From the NCBI GenBank assembly GCA_012842495.1, contig DUSS01000016.1:6136-70135 (forward strand): 64,000 nucleotides of DNA, given 5' to 3'. The notes under the pieces are model-generated. The model had not been told where the DNA came from, searched no databases, and saw only the letters and a list, made by a program, of their open reading frames with translations. Origin of the DNA: Candidatus Fermentithermobacillaceae bacterium. Its GTDB lineage: Bacteria > Bacillota > Sulfobacillia > Fermentithermobacillales > DUSS01. This document shows, piece after piece, positions 56,805 through 64,000 of the stretch. The stretch's first letter is position 1; every line of letters begins with the position of its first letter. The position numbers and the translations under genes are program-made.

Positions 56805-58634
56805 TCACGCCCGGCCCGCCGTCCGCTGAAGATACGCGCCCAGTACCAGGATATCCACGGGCGAAACACCGAGGTCTGCAGCTCTGCCCAGAGTAGCAGG
56901 GCGATACCGTCTTATCTTATCTTTCGTTTCCCGGGAAAGTCCCGGCACCAGGTCCGGGTCCAGCCCTGGGGGAATCCTCTTCCCGCTCCATCTCTCCAGC
57001 CGCCTGACTTCGCTTTCTTGTCTTTGTATGAAACCCGCGTACCGGGCTTCAGTCTCCACTTCCTCAAGGACATCCGGGTCAAGCTCGTGAAGTTCCGGTA
57101 TGTCCCGCATTAGCTCCCCTATAGAACTACCAGGCCTCCTCAGGTAATCCCCCGCTCGTCTACCCCGGAGCTCTTGATCCAGGAGCTTTCGCCCACGCTC
57201 GATCTGCCGCCGCCTCCGCTCAAAAACCGCCCATCTTTCATCGGACACCAGGCCAATCTCCCTTCCGATGGGCGTCAACCTGAGGTCGGCGTTGGACTGC
57301 CTCAGCAGCAACCTGTATTCCGCCCTGGCCGTCAACATCCTGTAAGGCTCATTTATAGGTGACGAAACGAGATCGTCGATGAGCACGCCGATGTATGCCT
57401 GATCCCGTCCCAGGATCAGCGGCTCCTTCCCGTCTAAATACCGGGAGGCGTTAATGCCGGCGATGAGCCCCTGAGCTGCAGCTTCCTCATACCCCGAAGA
57501 CCCGCATATCTGCCCCGCCAAAAACAGCCCGGGAACCCCGTTCGTCTCGAGGCTAGGTTTTAGCTGGTTTGGAAGAACGTAATCGTATTCGATGGCATAG
57601 CCCGGCCTGGTGATCACCGCTCGCTCCAGCCCCCGGATCGTCCTGAGCATCTCCTCCTGCACATCCACGGGAAGACTTGTAGATAGGCCGAGGAGGTAGA
57701 TCTCGTCGGAATCTTTCGATTCCTTCTCCAGAAACACAAGATGCCGTTTCCGCTCGGGAAACCTCATTACTTTGTCCTCTATCGAAGGGCAGTACCGCGG
57801 TCCGGTACCCACGATGGTCCCGTTGAAAAGAGGTGCCCGGGAAACGTTGGCCCGGATGATCTCGTGTGTCGCTTCGCAGGTCTCCGTCGAATAGCATGCA
57901 TCGAAATCCCACAATCTGGGTACGGACATGAAAGAGAAGGCCAGCGGGACCAGAGCCCCTTCTTCTTTGCGCACCCTGTTCCACGCCACGCTGTCCCTGC
58001 GAACCCTGGGTGATGTCCCGGTCTTGAACCTCCCTATCTCAAGGCCGAGTTTTACCAGAGACGCCGAAAGCCCTCTCGCAGAGGGTTCGCCCATCGGTCC
58101 CGATACCCTGACCTCCTCACCGACTATCGTCCTCGATTCCAGATACACACCCGTAGCCAATACCACCGCCCTGGCCAGGACCCTCCGCCCGTCGGAAAGC
58201 ATCACGCCCTCCACGGCTCTGTCCCCCGTCAGAACCGTGGTGACCATACCTTGCACGACGGCAATTCGCCCTTCCTTCATCAAAGCTGCCTTCATGTGTC
58301 CGCTATAGACTCTCTTGTCGCACTGCGCCCTCAGGGACTGAACCGCCGGTCCCTTCGACTGGTTCAGAACTCGAATCTCGAGGCACGCCTCGTCCGCGGC
58401 AAGAGCCATCTCCCCGCCCAAAGCATCGATCTCCCTTACTATCTGCGCCTTCCCTGGACCTCCGATAGCGGGGTTGCACGCCATGCCAGCTACGTTATTC
58501 GCATTAAGCGTCACCATGATCACGGATTTGCCCAGACGCGACAAAGCTAAAGCTGCTTCACACGCCGCGTGTCCCGAGCCCACCACGCATGCATCGCAGC
58601 TTCCTATGATCCTTGATCCGGTGTATTCCAACAA
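56805..58634 (-). CDS. mnmG: tRNA uridine 5-carboxymethylaminomethyl modification enzyme MnmG (GidA)
   Basis: It has an FAD-binding N-terminus (CDACVVGSGHAACEAALALSRLG) and the MnmG signature blocks (CNPAIGGPGKAQIVREIDALGG). Confidence 0.95.
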   Translation of the reverse strand: MLEYTGSRIIGSCDACVVGSGHAACEAALALSRLGKSVIMVTLNANNVAGMACNPAIGGPGKAQIVREIDALGGEMALAADEACLEIRVLNQSKGPAVQSLRAQCDKRVYSGHMKAALMKEGRIAVVQGMVTTVLTGDRAVEGVMLSDGRRVLARAVVLATGVYLESRTIVGEEVRVSGPMGEPSARGLSASLVKLGLEIGRFKTGTSPRVRRDSVAWNRVRKEEGALVPLAFSFMSVPRLWDFDACYSTETCEATHEIIRANVSRAPLFNGTIVGTGPRYCPSIEDKVMRFPERKRHLVFLEKESKDSDEIYLLGLSTSLPVDVQEEMLRTIRGLERAVITRPGYAIEYDYVLPNQLKPSLETNGVPGLFLAGQICGSSGYEEAAAQGLIAGINASRYLDGKEPLILGRDQAYIGVLIDDLVSSPINEPYRMLTARAEYRLLLRQSNADLRLTPIGREIGLVSDERWAVFERRRRQIERGRKLLDQELRGRRAGDYLRRPGSSIGELMRDIPELHELDPDVLEEVETEARYAGFIQRQESEVRRLERWSGKRIPPGLDPDLVPGLSRETKDKIRRYRPATLGRAADLGVSPVDILVLGAYLQRTAGRA

Positions 58635-58849
58635 TAAGCTACTCCTTCCTAATCTCTACTTCGCCCGCTACACCGCGAGCTCCCGCCCAGGAGCCCGACG
58701 CATCTGCGCGCGCAGCTCCCCGCTGCCTTCGTCTTCGACCTTTTAGTGGATCTCTTGAGCATGCGTCTTCTGTTGAGCACACTACCTAAACATATTTTAA
58801 CTGCTAATTGTCCAGGCCCCCGTACATCTATACGCCCGTTTAGTGAGGG

Positions 58850-60244
58850 TCATTTGCCGACGCAAAAACGAGAGAATATCTCATCCAACACATCCTCGCT
58901 GATCCGAGAGCCCGTGAGCTCGTCCAGTCGGCGACAAGCTTCCTCCATCTCCGATGCCACCACGTCCCAGGTCCAACCCTCCCTCCAGGACTGCAAAGCC
59001 CTGACGAGAGCTTCCCGAGCTCGCCTCAAACACGCCACCTGCCTGGCGCTCCCCGGCACCACCGATTCCCGCTCCGCCCCCCCGAACATCCCAACCACGG
59101 TTTCCTTCAGCCTTTCCACGCCCCATCCCATCCGCGCCGAAACCTCCACTACCGGAAACCCGGTCTTTGCGCTTACGAGAGCCGAGACTTCCCTTTTGAC
59201 GTGCTCTGCAGCTATATCCGACTTATTGAGGACCACTACGACCCTGCGGTCCCGCCACCTTTCCAGCCAATACCAGTCCTCACCGGTAAGGGGTTGACTC
59301 CCGTCGACCACATAGAGGGCCGCCCACGACTCCTCCGCCGCCTTCCTGGCACGTTCAACCCCAATGGCCTCTACTATCTCGCGTGTCTCCCGGAGGCCAG
59401 CCGTATCCACCAGCACCACCGGAATCCCCGCCCACTCCACTCGCTCCCTCAAAAGATCCCGGGTGGTACCGGGGATTTCCGTGACGATCGCCCGGTCCTC
59501 ACCTATAAGCGCATTGAAAAGGGACGACTTACCGACGTTCGGCCGTCCCACCAGCGTAAGCTCTACGCCTGATGTCAGGGCGAGCCCCAGCACCCCGTCC
59601 CTGAGCATGGAATCGATTTCACCGGTGACTTTCTCGAGGACAGGAACGACCTCTTCATCCTTCAGGGAAATGTCGTCGGGAAAATCCAGCGCCCCCTGGA
59701 CCCTCGCCAGGACAGCCGCTATTCTTTCCCGACACTCCAGCACCGACTTCCCGAGTTTCCCTTCAAGGCGAAGGAAAGCTTGCCGTAACGCCCGGTCCGT
59801 CCTCGCCGACACCACATCCAGCACCGCTTCAGCTTCGTCCAAGGTGATCTTTCCGTTCAGGAAAGCTCTCCTGGTAAACTCCCCAGGCTCCGCCATCCTC
59901 GCCCCCCGAGACAGCACGGCATCGAGTACCTTTTCTGCCACAAGCTCCCCGCCGTGACACTGCAGTTCGACCACATCCTCCCCTGTGTACGAACGAGGAC
60001 ATCTCATCACCAGAACGATGACCTCATCGATGGTTTCCCCCGACTCCGGCGACACCACCCGGTCAAAAAACACGGTGTAACCCCGGGCCCTTGAAAGTCT
60101 CTTCGCACCCCGCGCCGACAGGCAGCCTGCGGCAACCGCGACCGCATCCTTGCCGGAGATCTTGACGACGGCTATTCCTCCCGTCCCTCTCGGTGTGGCA
60201 ATCGCCGCGATGGTCTCGCCCTGCATCCAATCGGCCTGTTCCAA
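58850..60244 (-). CDS. mnmE: tRNA modification GTPase MnmE (TrmE)
   Basis: It has G-domain motifs (GRPNVGKSSLFNAL, DTAGLRET, NKSD) and the C-terminal CxGK motif (FCVGK). Confidence 0.95.
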   Translation of the reverse strand: MEQADWMQGETIAAIATPRGTGGIAVVKISGKDAVAVAAGCLSARGAKRLSRARGYTVFFDRVVSPESGETIDEVIVLVMRCPRSYTGEDVVELQCHGGELVAEKVLDAVLSRGARMAEPGEFTRRAFLNGKITLDEAEAVLDVVSARTDRALRQAFLRLEGKLGKSVLECRERIAAVLARVQGALDFPDDISLKDEEVVPVLEKVTGEIDSMLRDGVLGLALTSGVELTLVGRPNVGKSSLFNALIGEDRAIVTEIPGTTRDLLRERVEWAGIPVVLVDTAGLRETREIVEAIGVERARKAAEESWAALYVVDGSQPLTGEDWYWLERWRDRRVVVVLNKSDIAAEHVKREVSALVSAKTGFPVVEVSARMGWGVERLKETVVGMFGGAERESVVPGSARQVACLRRAREALVRALQSWREGWTWDVVASEMEEACRRLDELTGSRISEDVLDEIFSRFCVGK

Positions 60245-60431
60245 AGCATTCCACCTCCTTTACAGCTAACCACGCCAGACTTTCCCTTCTCCAAACTCCC
60301 CTCCTCAACCCCGGACTTTCGATAAACCGCTTTTCCCGGGAGTTCCCACCCCAGCAGACTCCTTCCGCCTCGATGAAAAAGCCCCGGCTCAAAAAGGCCG
60401 GAGCTCACCCTTCCCCTAGTTCTTCCTACCC

Positions 60432-61049
60432 CTATGTCTTGGGAGATACGATAACCCGCCTGTTCGGCTCCTCCCCTTCGCTGTGCGTAGACACACCGGG
60501 ATGTCGCTGAAGCGCCAGGTGGATCGTGCGCCTGGACCGCGCATCCATTGGCTCCAGCATAACGGGCTTCCCGGTCCTCATGACCTGCCTTGCAGCTCTG
60601 TTAGCCAGATCCTCCAGTTGCCTTTCCCTGCGACGCCTGTATCCCCCCACGTCCAGGACGAGCTGCTCGTCGCCCCCTTCGGACCCCGCGGTAGCGATCT
60701 TCAGCAGGTATTCCAGAGCCTGCAGGGTCTGACCGCGCTTTCCTATGAGAAAACCTACGTCCTTGCCCACTACGTCGACGTGAAGAGCTCCTCCAGCTCT
60801 CCTAACCTCGACGGCGGCATCGACACCCATACGCCGGACGATCCCCTCTATAAACTCTCTCGCCAGGTCAGCTCTGCTCCGCTGCACCGTTACTCGAACC
60901 CTCGCGTCTTTCCTCGCGAGTCCAAGAATACCCCTGGAAGGTACGTCCAGCACCTCCACTTCGACCCATTCTCTCGGTACACCCAGCAATTTCAATGCTT
61001 CGTCGATAGCTTCCTCAACTGTCCTCCCTTTGACCTCCACGCTTTTCAC
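60432..61049 (-). CDS. jag: RNA-binding protein KhpB/Jag (KH + R3H)
   Basis: The N-terminus MKSVEVKGRTVEEAIDEAL is followed by KH (GFLIGKRGQTLQALEYL) and R3H domains. Confidence 0.9.
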   Translation of the reverse strand: MKSVEVKGRTVEEAIDEALKLLGVPREWVEVEVLDVPSRGILGLARKDARVRVTVQRSRADLAREFIEGIVRRMGVDAAVEVRRAGGALHVDVVGKDVGFLIGKRGQTLQALEYLLKIATAGSEGGDEQLVLDVGGYRRRRERQLEDLANRAARQVMRTGKPVMLEPMDARSRRTIHLALQRHPGVSTHSEGEEPNRRVIVSPKT

Positions 61050-61683
61050 GGGCGCTTACACCTTCCTTATCGCTGCCGGGCACTGGAACCACGAGCCTCT
61101 CGAAGAGTCCAAACACGTTGGCCGCGATGATGTACAAAGCAACCGCCGCCGAGAACCGGAAAGAGAAAAAGAACATCAAGGCGAGCAAAGCTACCATCAT
61201 CGCCGTCTGTTGGGAGGCCTGCGCCCCTCCGCCCATCGACGGCGTCAACTTAAACGCGATATACGTGGTGGCGACCGTAATCAGAGGAAGCCACAGTCTC
61301 TCCGGCTGTCCCAGCGTAATCCCGAGGAAAGTCGCGGATTTCAACGCGGTGTGAGCTTCCAGAGCCCGGATTATCCCTAAGAGAATCGGCAATTGAACGA
61401 GGAAAACAAGACACCCGGACGCCGGGTTCACCCGGTAACGATGATAAAGATCCGCCAGTTCGAGATTGAGTCTTTCTGGGTCATCCTTATACTTCTTCTG
61501 GATACGCTGCAGCTCTGGTTGCAGTTCCTGCAACCGCTGGTTGGCCCGAGCTTGCATGATGCTCAGGGGCAAGATGATGAGCCTTACGACGAAAGTCAAG
61601 AGAATAATCGCCAGTCCCCAGCTGGATGTCAACCCGTAAAAGAAGTCGAGTACCGCGACCATCGCATTGACCAGATATGACAA
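61015..61683 (-). CDS. yidC: Membrane protein insertase YidC/SpoIIIJ (short form)
   Basis: It has the conserved block LLTFVVRLIILPLSIMQARANQRLQELQPELQRIQKKYKDDPERL. Its 3' end overlaps the jag start by 35 nt. Confidence 0.9.
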   Translation of the reverse strand: MSYLVNAMVAVLDFFYGLTSSWGLAIILLTFVVRLIILPLSIMQARANQRLQELQPELQRIQKKYKDDPERLNLELADLYHRYRVNPASGCLVFLVQLPILLGIIRALEAHTALKSATFLGITLGQPERLWLPLITVATTYIAFKLTPSMGGGAQASQQTAMMVALLALMFFFSFRFSAAVALYIIAANVFGLFERLVVPVPGSDKEGVSAREKRGGQREDS

Positions 61684-61684
61684 T

Positions 61685-61963
61685 TTAAAGCCCCCTCTCT
61701 TGCCGGCTCAGCGCTCTGTCGTCTCTGGACCCGGGCACGGGATCGTACCCCCCTCGTGACAGAGGGTTACAGCGAAGCACCCTCCAGGCTGCCAAAAGGA
61801 GCCCATACACAGGCCCGTGGATTACGATGGCGTCCCGGGCGTACTTCGAACAGGAAGGATAGAAGCGACAGGTAGGTCCTTTAAGAGGGGAAATCCAACG
61901 CCTGTAGGCGTCGATCAGTCCTACAAGAACCCTCCCGGCAATCCTACGCACCGCCATCACCAT
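61685..61963 (-). CDS. yidD: Membrane protein insertion efficiency factor YidD
   Basis: It has the CRFYPSCSKYA motif. Confidence 0.85.
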   Translation of the reverse strand: MVMAVRRIAGRVLVGLIDAYRRWISPLKGPTCRFYPSCSKYARDAIVIHGPVYGLLLAAWRVLRCNPLSRGGYDPVPGSRDDRALSRQERGL

Positions 61964-62285
61964 TCCACAGATCCATTTTTCTCAGTACGTCCTTCACCGC
62001 CCAGTCGAGCTCCCGGTAGCTTGCGGAAATAGCGTTTCTCCTGACTATGAAAGCGAACTGTCCCGCCGCTTTAAGATTGCTTACCGCTACCCTAAAAACC
62101 TCCCGTACTCTCCGCCTGACGCGATTTCTCGCCACCGCTTTTGCCGATTTCCGCGGCACCGATATTGCAAGCCGCACCTCATCTTCAGGTTCCGGAAAAT
62201 AGTAAAGAACCAGGTACCGGTTCGCTCGAGACCGGCCCTTCTCCATAACCTGGGGAAACGACGCGGGTTTGAATCTGCCCATCAT
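61944..62285 (-). CDS. rnpA: Ribonuclease P protein component
   Basis: It has the RNR motif context (ARNRVRRRVREVFR) and lies immediately downstream of rpmH. Confidence 0.9.
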   Translation of the reverse strand: MMGRFKPASFPQVMEKGRSRANRYLVLYYFPEPEDEVRLAISVPRKSAKAVARNRVRRRVREVFRVAVSNLKAAGQFAFIVRRNAISASYRELDWAVKDVLRKMDLWNGDGGA

Positions 62286-62378
62286 TCCTCGGACACATCT
62301 CGCCGGTCACCGCACTGACGAGCTCCGGCATATGCGAAGTCAATGCAGATCCCATTAAAACGGAAACCGCCCATCCTC

Positions 62379-62513
62379 TCAAGCGCTGAGGACAACACGA
62401 CCTTTCCGCCTTCTCCTTGCGATAACCTTTCGTCCTCCGGCGCTCGACATCCTTGCGAGGAACCCGTGAGTTCGTTGCCTCTTCCTTTTCTTCGGTTGAT
62501 ACGTCCGCTTCAT
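62379..62513 (-). CDS. rpmH: 50S ribosomal protein L34
   Basis: The sequence [44 protein letters not shown] begins at the ATG at 62513, with GGAGGGA 8 nt upstream. The ORF-track upstream extension is rejected. Confidence 0.95.
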   Translation of the reverse strand: MKRTYQPKKRKRQRTHGFLARMSSAGGRKVIARRRRKGRVVLSA

Positions 62514-62573
62514 TCTACTTATCCCTCCACCGCCGGATCCGCTCCTGGAACCCAAAGCCAGGAATCGGAAAGA

Positions 62574-62603
62574 ATTATATCTTGCCAGCAAAATGTGTGT
62601 CAA
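62574..62603 (-). promoter_or_regulatory. Near-consensus sigma-A promoter for rpmH-rnpA: -35 TTGACA, 18-nt spacer, -10 TATAAT
   Basis: The minus strand reads TTGACAcacattttgctggcaagaTATAAT. Confidence 0.5.
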
Positions 62604-62736
62604 ACAGAGGGGTCTTATTTTCCATTACATCCCTTGTTCCGAACCTGCCTATCCTGATATAGTTTCATGGGGAATCTGGTTCCGAGCGAACAACGAAATA
62701 AGGAAACGCCGGCAAAAACCCGGCGTTTTCTGGCCT

Positions 62737-62768
62737 TTATCCACATCTGTTGATAAGTCTGTGAATAA
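62737..62768. promoter_or_regulatory. oriC DnaA-box cluster (one perfect and two single-mismatch boxes) between rpmH and dnaA
   Basis: The cluster has TTATCCACA at 62737-62745, TGTTGATAA at 62748-62756 and TGTGAATAA at 62760-62768. A 9-bp-stem hairpin AAACGCCGGcaaaaacCCGGCGTTT at 62703-62733 lies adjacent. Confidence 0.55.
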
Positions 62769-62975
62769 GCTGTGGGATCTTTATTCAACCCGGGACACTG
62801 GCCCGAACGCCTGGCACCAGGCCATGCCCCGGACCCATCATCAACTGAATATAGTAAAGAGATGCGGCGCCCCTTGTATCAACGGAGGCATATGCATTCT
62901 CGCATACCTCCGTCAGCATGGGGTCACTTGTTCTGCGCTTCGTATGCATAGTAAATGCGAAAGGAAAGACCCGGT

Positions 62976-64000
62976 ATGTCAAGCTTTGTCGAGAACACCT
63001 GGGAAAAAGTGCTTTCTACCGCCTCGGCGCGGCTCAACAACCCATCTTTCGAGCGGTGGCTCAGAGAAACCCGCCCGCTCCAGTCCGGTGATGGTGCCCT
63101 GACCATCCTTGTGCCTTCCGAATTCGCACGTTCGTGGATAGAAAGCAAGTACAAGGACGTGCTCGCATCAATTTGGCAGGAAATCTCGGGTAAGCCGTGT
63201 CCTATCCGGTTTCAGGTAGAGGAGCCCGACAAGGCCTCTAAGAAAACTCTTTTCGACGACGATAATCAAGCTAAGGCGATAAAAAGAGCGGCGCCCCACA
63301 ACGAAGAACAGCTTCGGATACTGAACCCCCGTTATTCATTTGAGAATTTCATCGTCGGCGCGTCCAACCGCTTTGCTCACGCAGCGGCGCTAGCGGTGGC
63401 CGAGTCGCCAGCTAAGATTTACAACCCGCTGTTCATTTACAGCGGCGTCGGCCTGGGCAAGACCCACCTCATGCAAGCTATTGCTCAGTACGTTATAGCC
63501 CATCACTCGCGCCTTCGCGTCTGCTATGTATCGTCGGAAACCTTTACTAACGACCTCATCACCGCCATCCAGGAAGGCAGCACTCCTCAATTCCGAAACC
63601 GGTATAGGGGAGTAGACCTCTTGCTCATCGATGACATCCAGTTCGTCGCCGGAAAGGAAGCTACCCAGGAAGAGCTCTTCCATACTTTCGACGCGCTGCA
63701 TCAGGCCTCCAAGCAGCTGGTAATCTCATCGGACAGGCCTCCAAAAGATATCGCCACTCTCGAACACCGTTTGAGGACGCGTTTCGAATGGGGTCTCATA
63801 TGTGACATTCAACCGCCCGATTTTGAAACGAGAGTGGCTATCCTGAGAAAAAAGGGAGAGCTCGAGGGCGTCGAGGTTCCGCTGGACGTCTGTCAGTACA
63901 TAGCCGAGAGGATTCCCACCAATATCCGGGAACTGGAAGGGGCGCTCATCAGAGTCCTCGCGTACTCTTCCCTGAACCGGAGGCCACTGGACGTAGCCTT
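62976..64000 (+). CDS. dnaA: Chromosomal replication initiator DnaA (N-terminal about 340 aa; continues beyond the window)
   Basis: The sequence [34 protein letters not shown]... begins at the ATG at 62976 with AAAGGAAAG 7 nt upstream. The AAA+ Walker [16 protein letters not shown] is visible further in. It is absent from the ORF track because it runs off the window end. Confidence 0.95.
   Translation, partial: MSSFVENTWEKVLSTASARLNNPSFERWLRETRPLQSGDGALTILVPSEFARSWIESKYKDVLASIWQEISGKPCPIRFQVEEPDKASKKTLFDDDNQAKAIKRAAPHNEEQLRILNPRYSFENFIVGASNRFAHAAALAVAESPAKIYNPLFIYSGVGLGKTHLMQAIAQYVIAHHSRLRVCYVSSETFTNDLITAIQEGSTPQFRNRYRGVDLLLIDDIQFVAGKEATQEELFHTFDALHQASKQLVISSDRPPKDIATLEHRLRTRFEWGLICDIQPPDFETRVAILRKKGELEGVEVPLDVCQYIAERIPTNIRELEGALIRVLAYSSLNRRPLDVA

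Noticed and set aside
62514-62603. 74-aa ORF-track version of rpmH
   Set aside because: L34 is a 44-aa protein starting MKRTYQP. The ATG at 62513 has a strong GGAGGGA Shine-Dalgarno sequence. The upstream 30 codons cover the rpmH promoter.

Overview
This 64 kb window is the chromosomal replication-origin neighbourhood of a high-GC (about 60%), endospore-forming Firmicute, probably a thermophilic Clostridia-like lineage. Almost every gene is on the minus strand, reading away from dnaA/oriC at the right edge. The organism assignment rests on rpoE (RNAP delta subunit), bofA, yaaL, yyaC, and the B. subtilis-like tadA-tRNA-scRNA-dnaX-ybaB-recR-yaaL-bofA and rpsF-ssb-rpsR-yybS-rplI-dnaB syntenies. 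From the right edge the order is dnaA (partial), oriC DnaA boxes, rpmH, rnpA, yidD, yidC, jag, mnmE, mnmG, rsmG, a degenerate Noc/ParB paralog, parA, parB, alr, and an M23 peptidase with bactofilin. These are followed by a PRTase, yyaC, ykuS, an uncharacterised membrane/TPR/beta-propeller/CvpA/DUF951 cluster, a MacAB-like efflux system (HlyD adaptor, ABC ATPase, permease) with an OmpR-type two-component system, then rpsF-ssb-rpsR, yybS, rplI, a Lon-like protease and dnaB. Continuing leftwards there is a tRNA-rich segment (tRNA-Ser x4, tRNA-Arg x2, tadA) with a Bacillus-type long SRP RNA hidden under an apparent N-terminal extension of dnaX. This is followed by ybaB, recR, yaaL and bofA, then two divergent LysM-M23 peptidases, murA, htrA, a class A PBP, speE-speB-argS, a PAS/sigma-54 activator, and a sigma-54-promoted lysine-fermentation operon (kdd, kamA, a DTBS-like ATPase, a MutS2-like ATPase, kamD, kamE). 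The window ends with rpoE, pyrG and the 5' part of an oxaloacetate decarboxylase alpha / pyruvate carboxylase B gene. The most unusual feature is in the kam operon: the DTBS-like ORF and the MutS2-like ORF lie in the same frame, separated by a single TGA and a 276-nt linker that has no stop and no canonical start codon. CDS coordinates include the stop codon, following the ORF-track convention. Many genes appear to use TTG/GTG starts. Hand-derived coordinates may be off by 1-2 nt.
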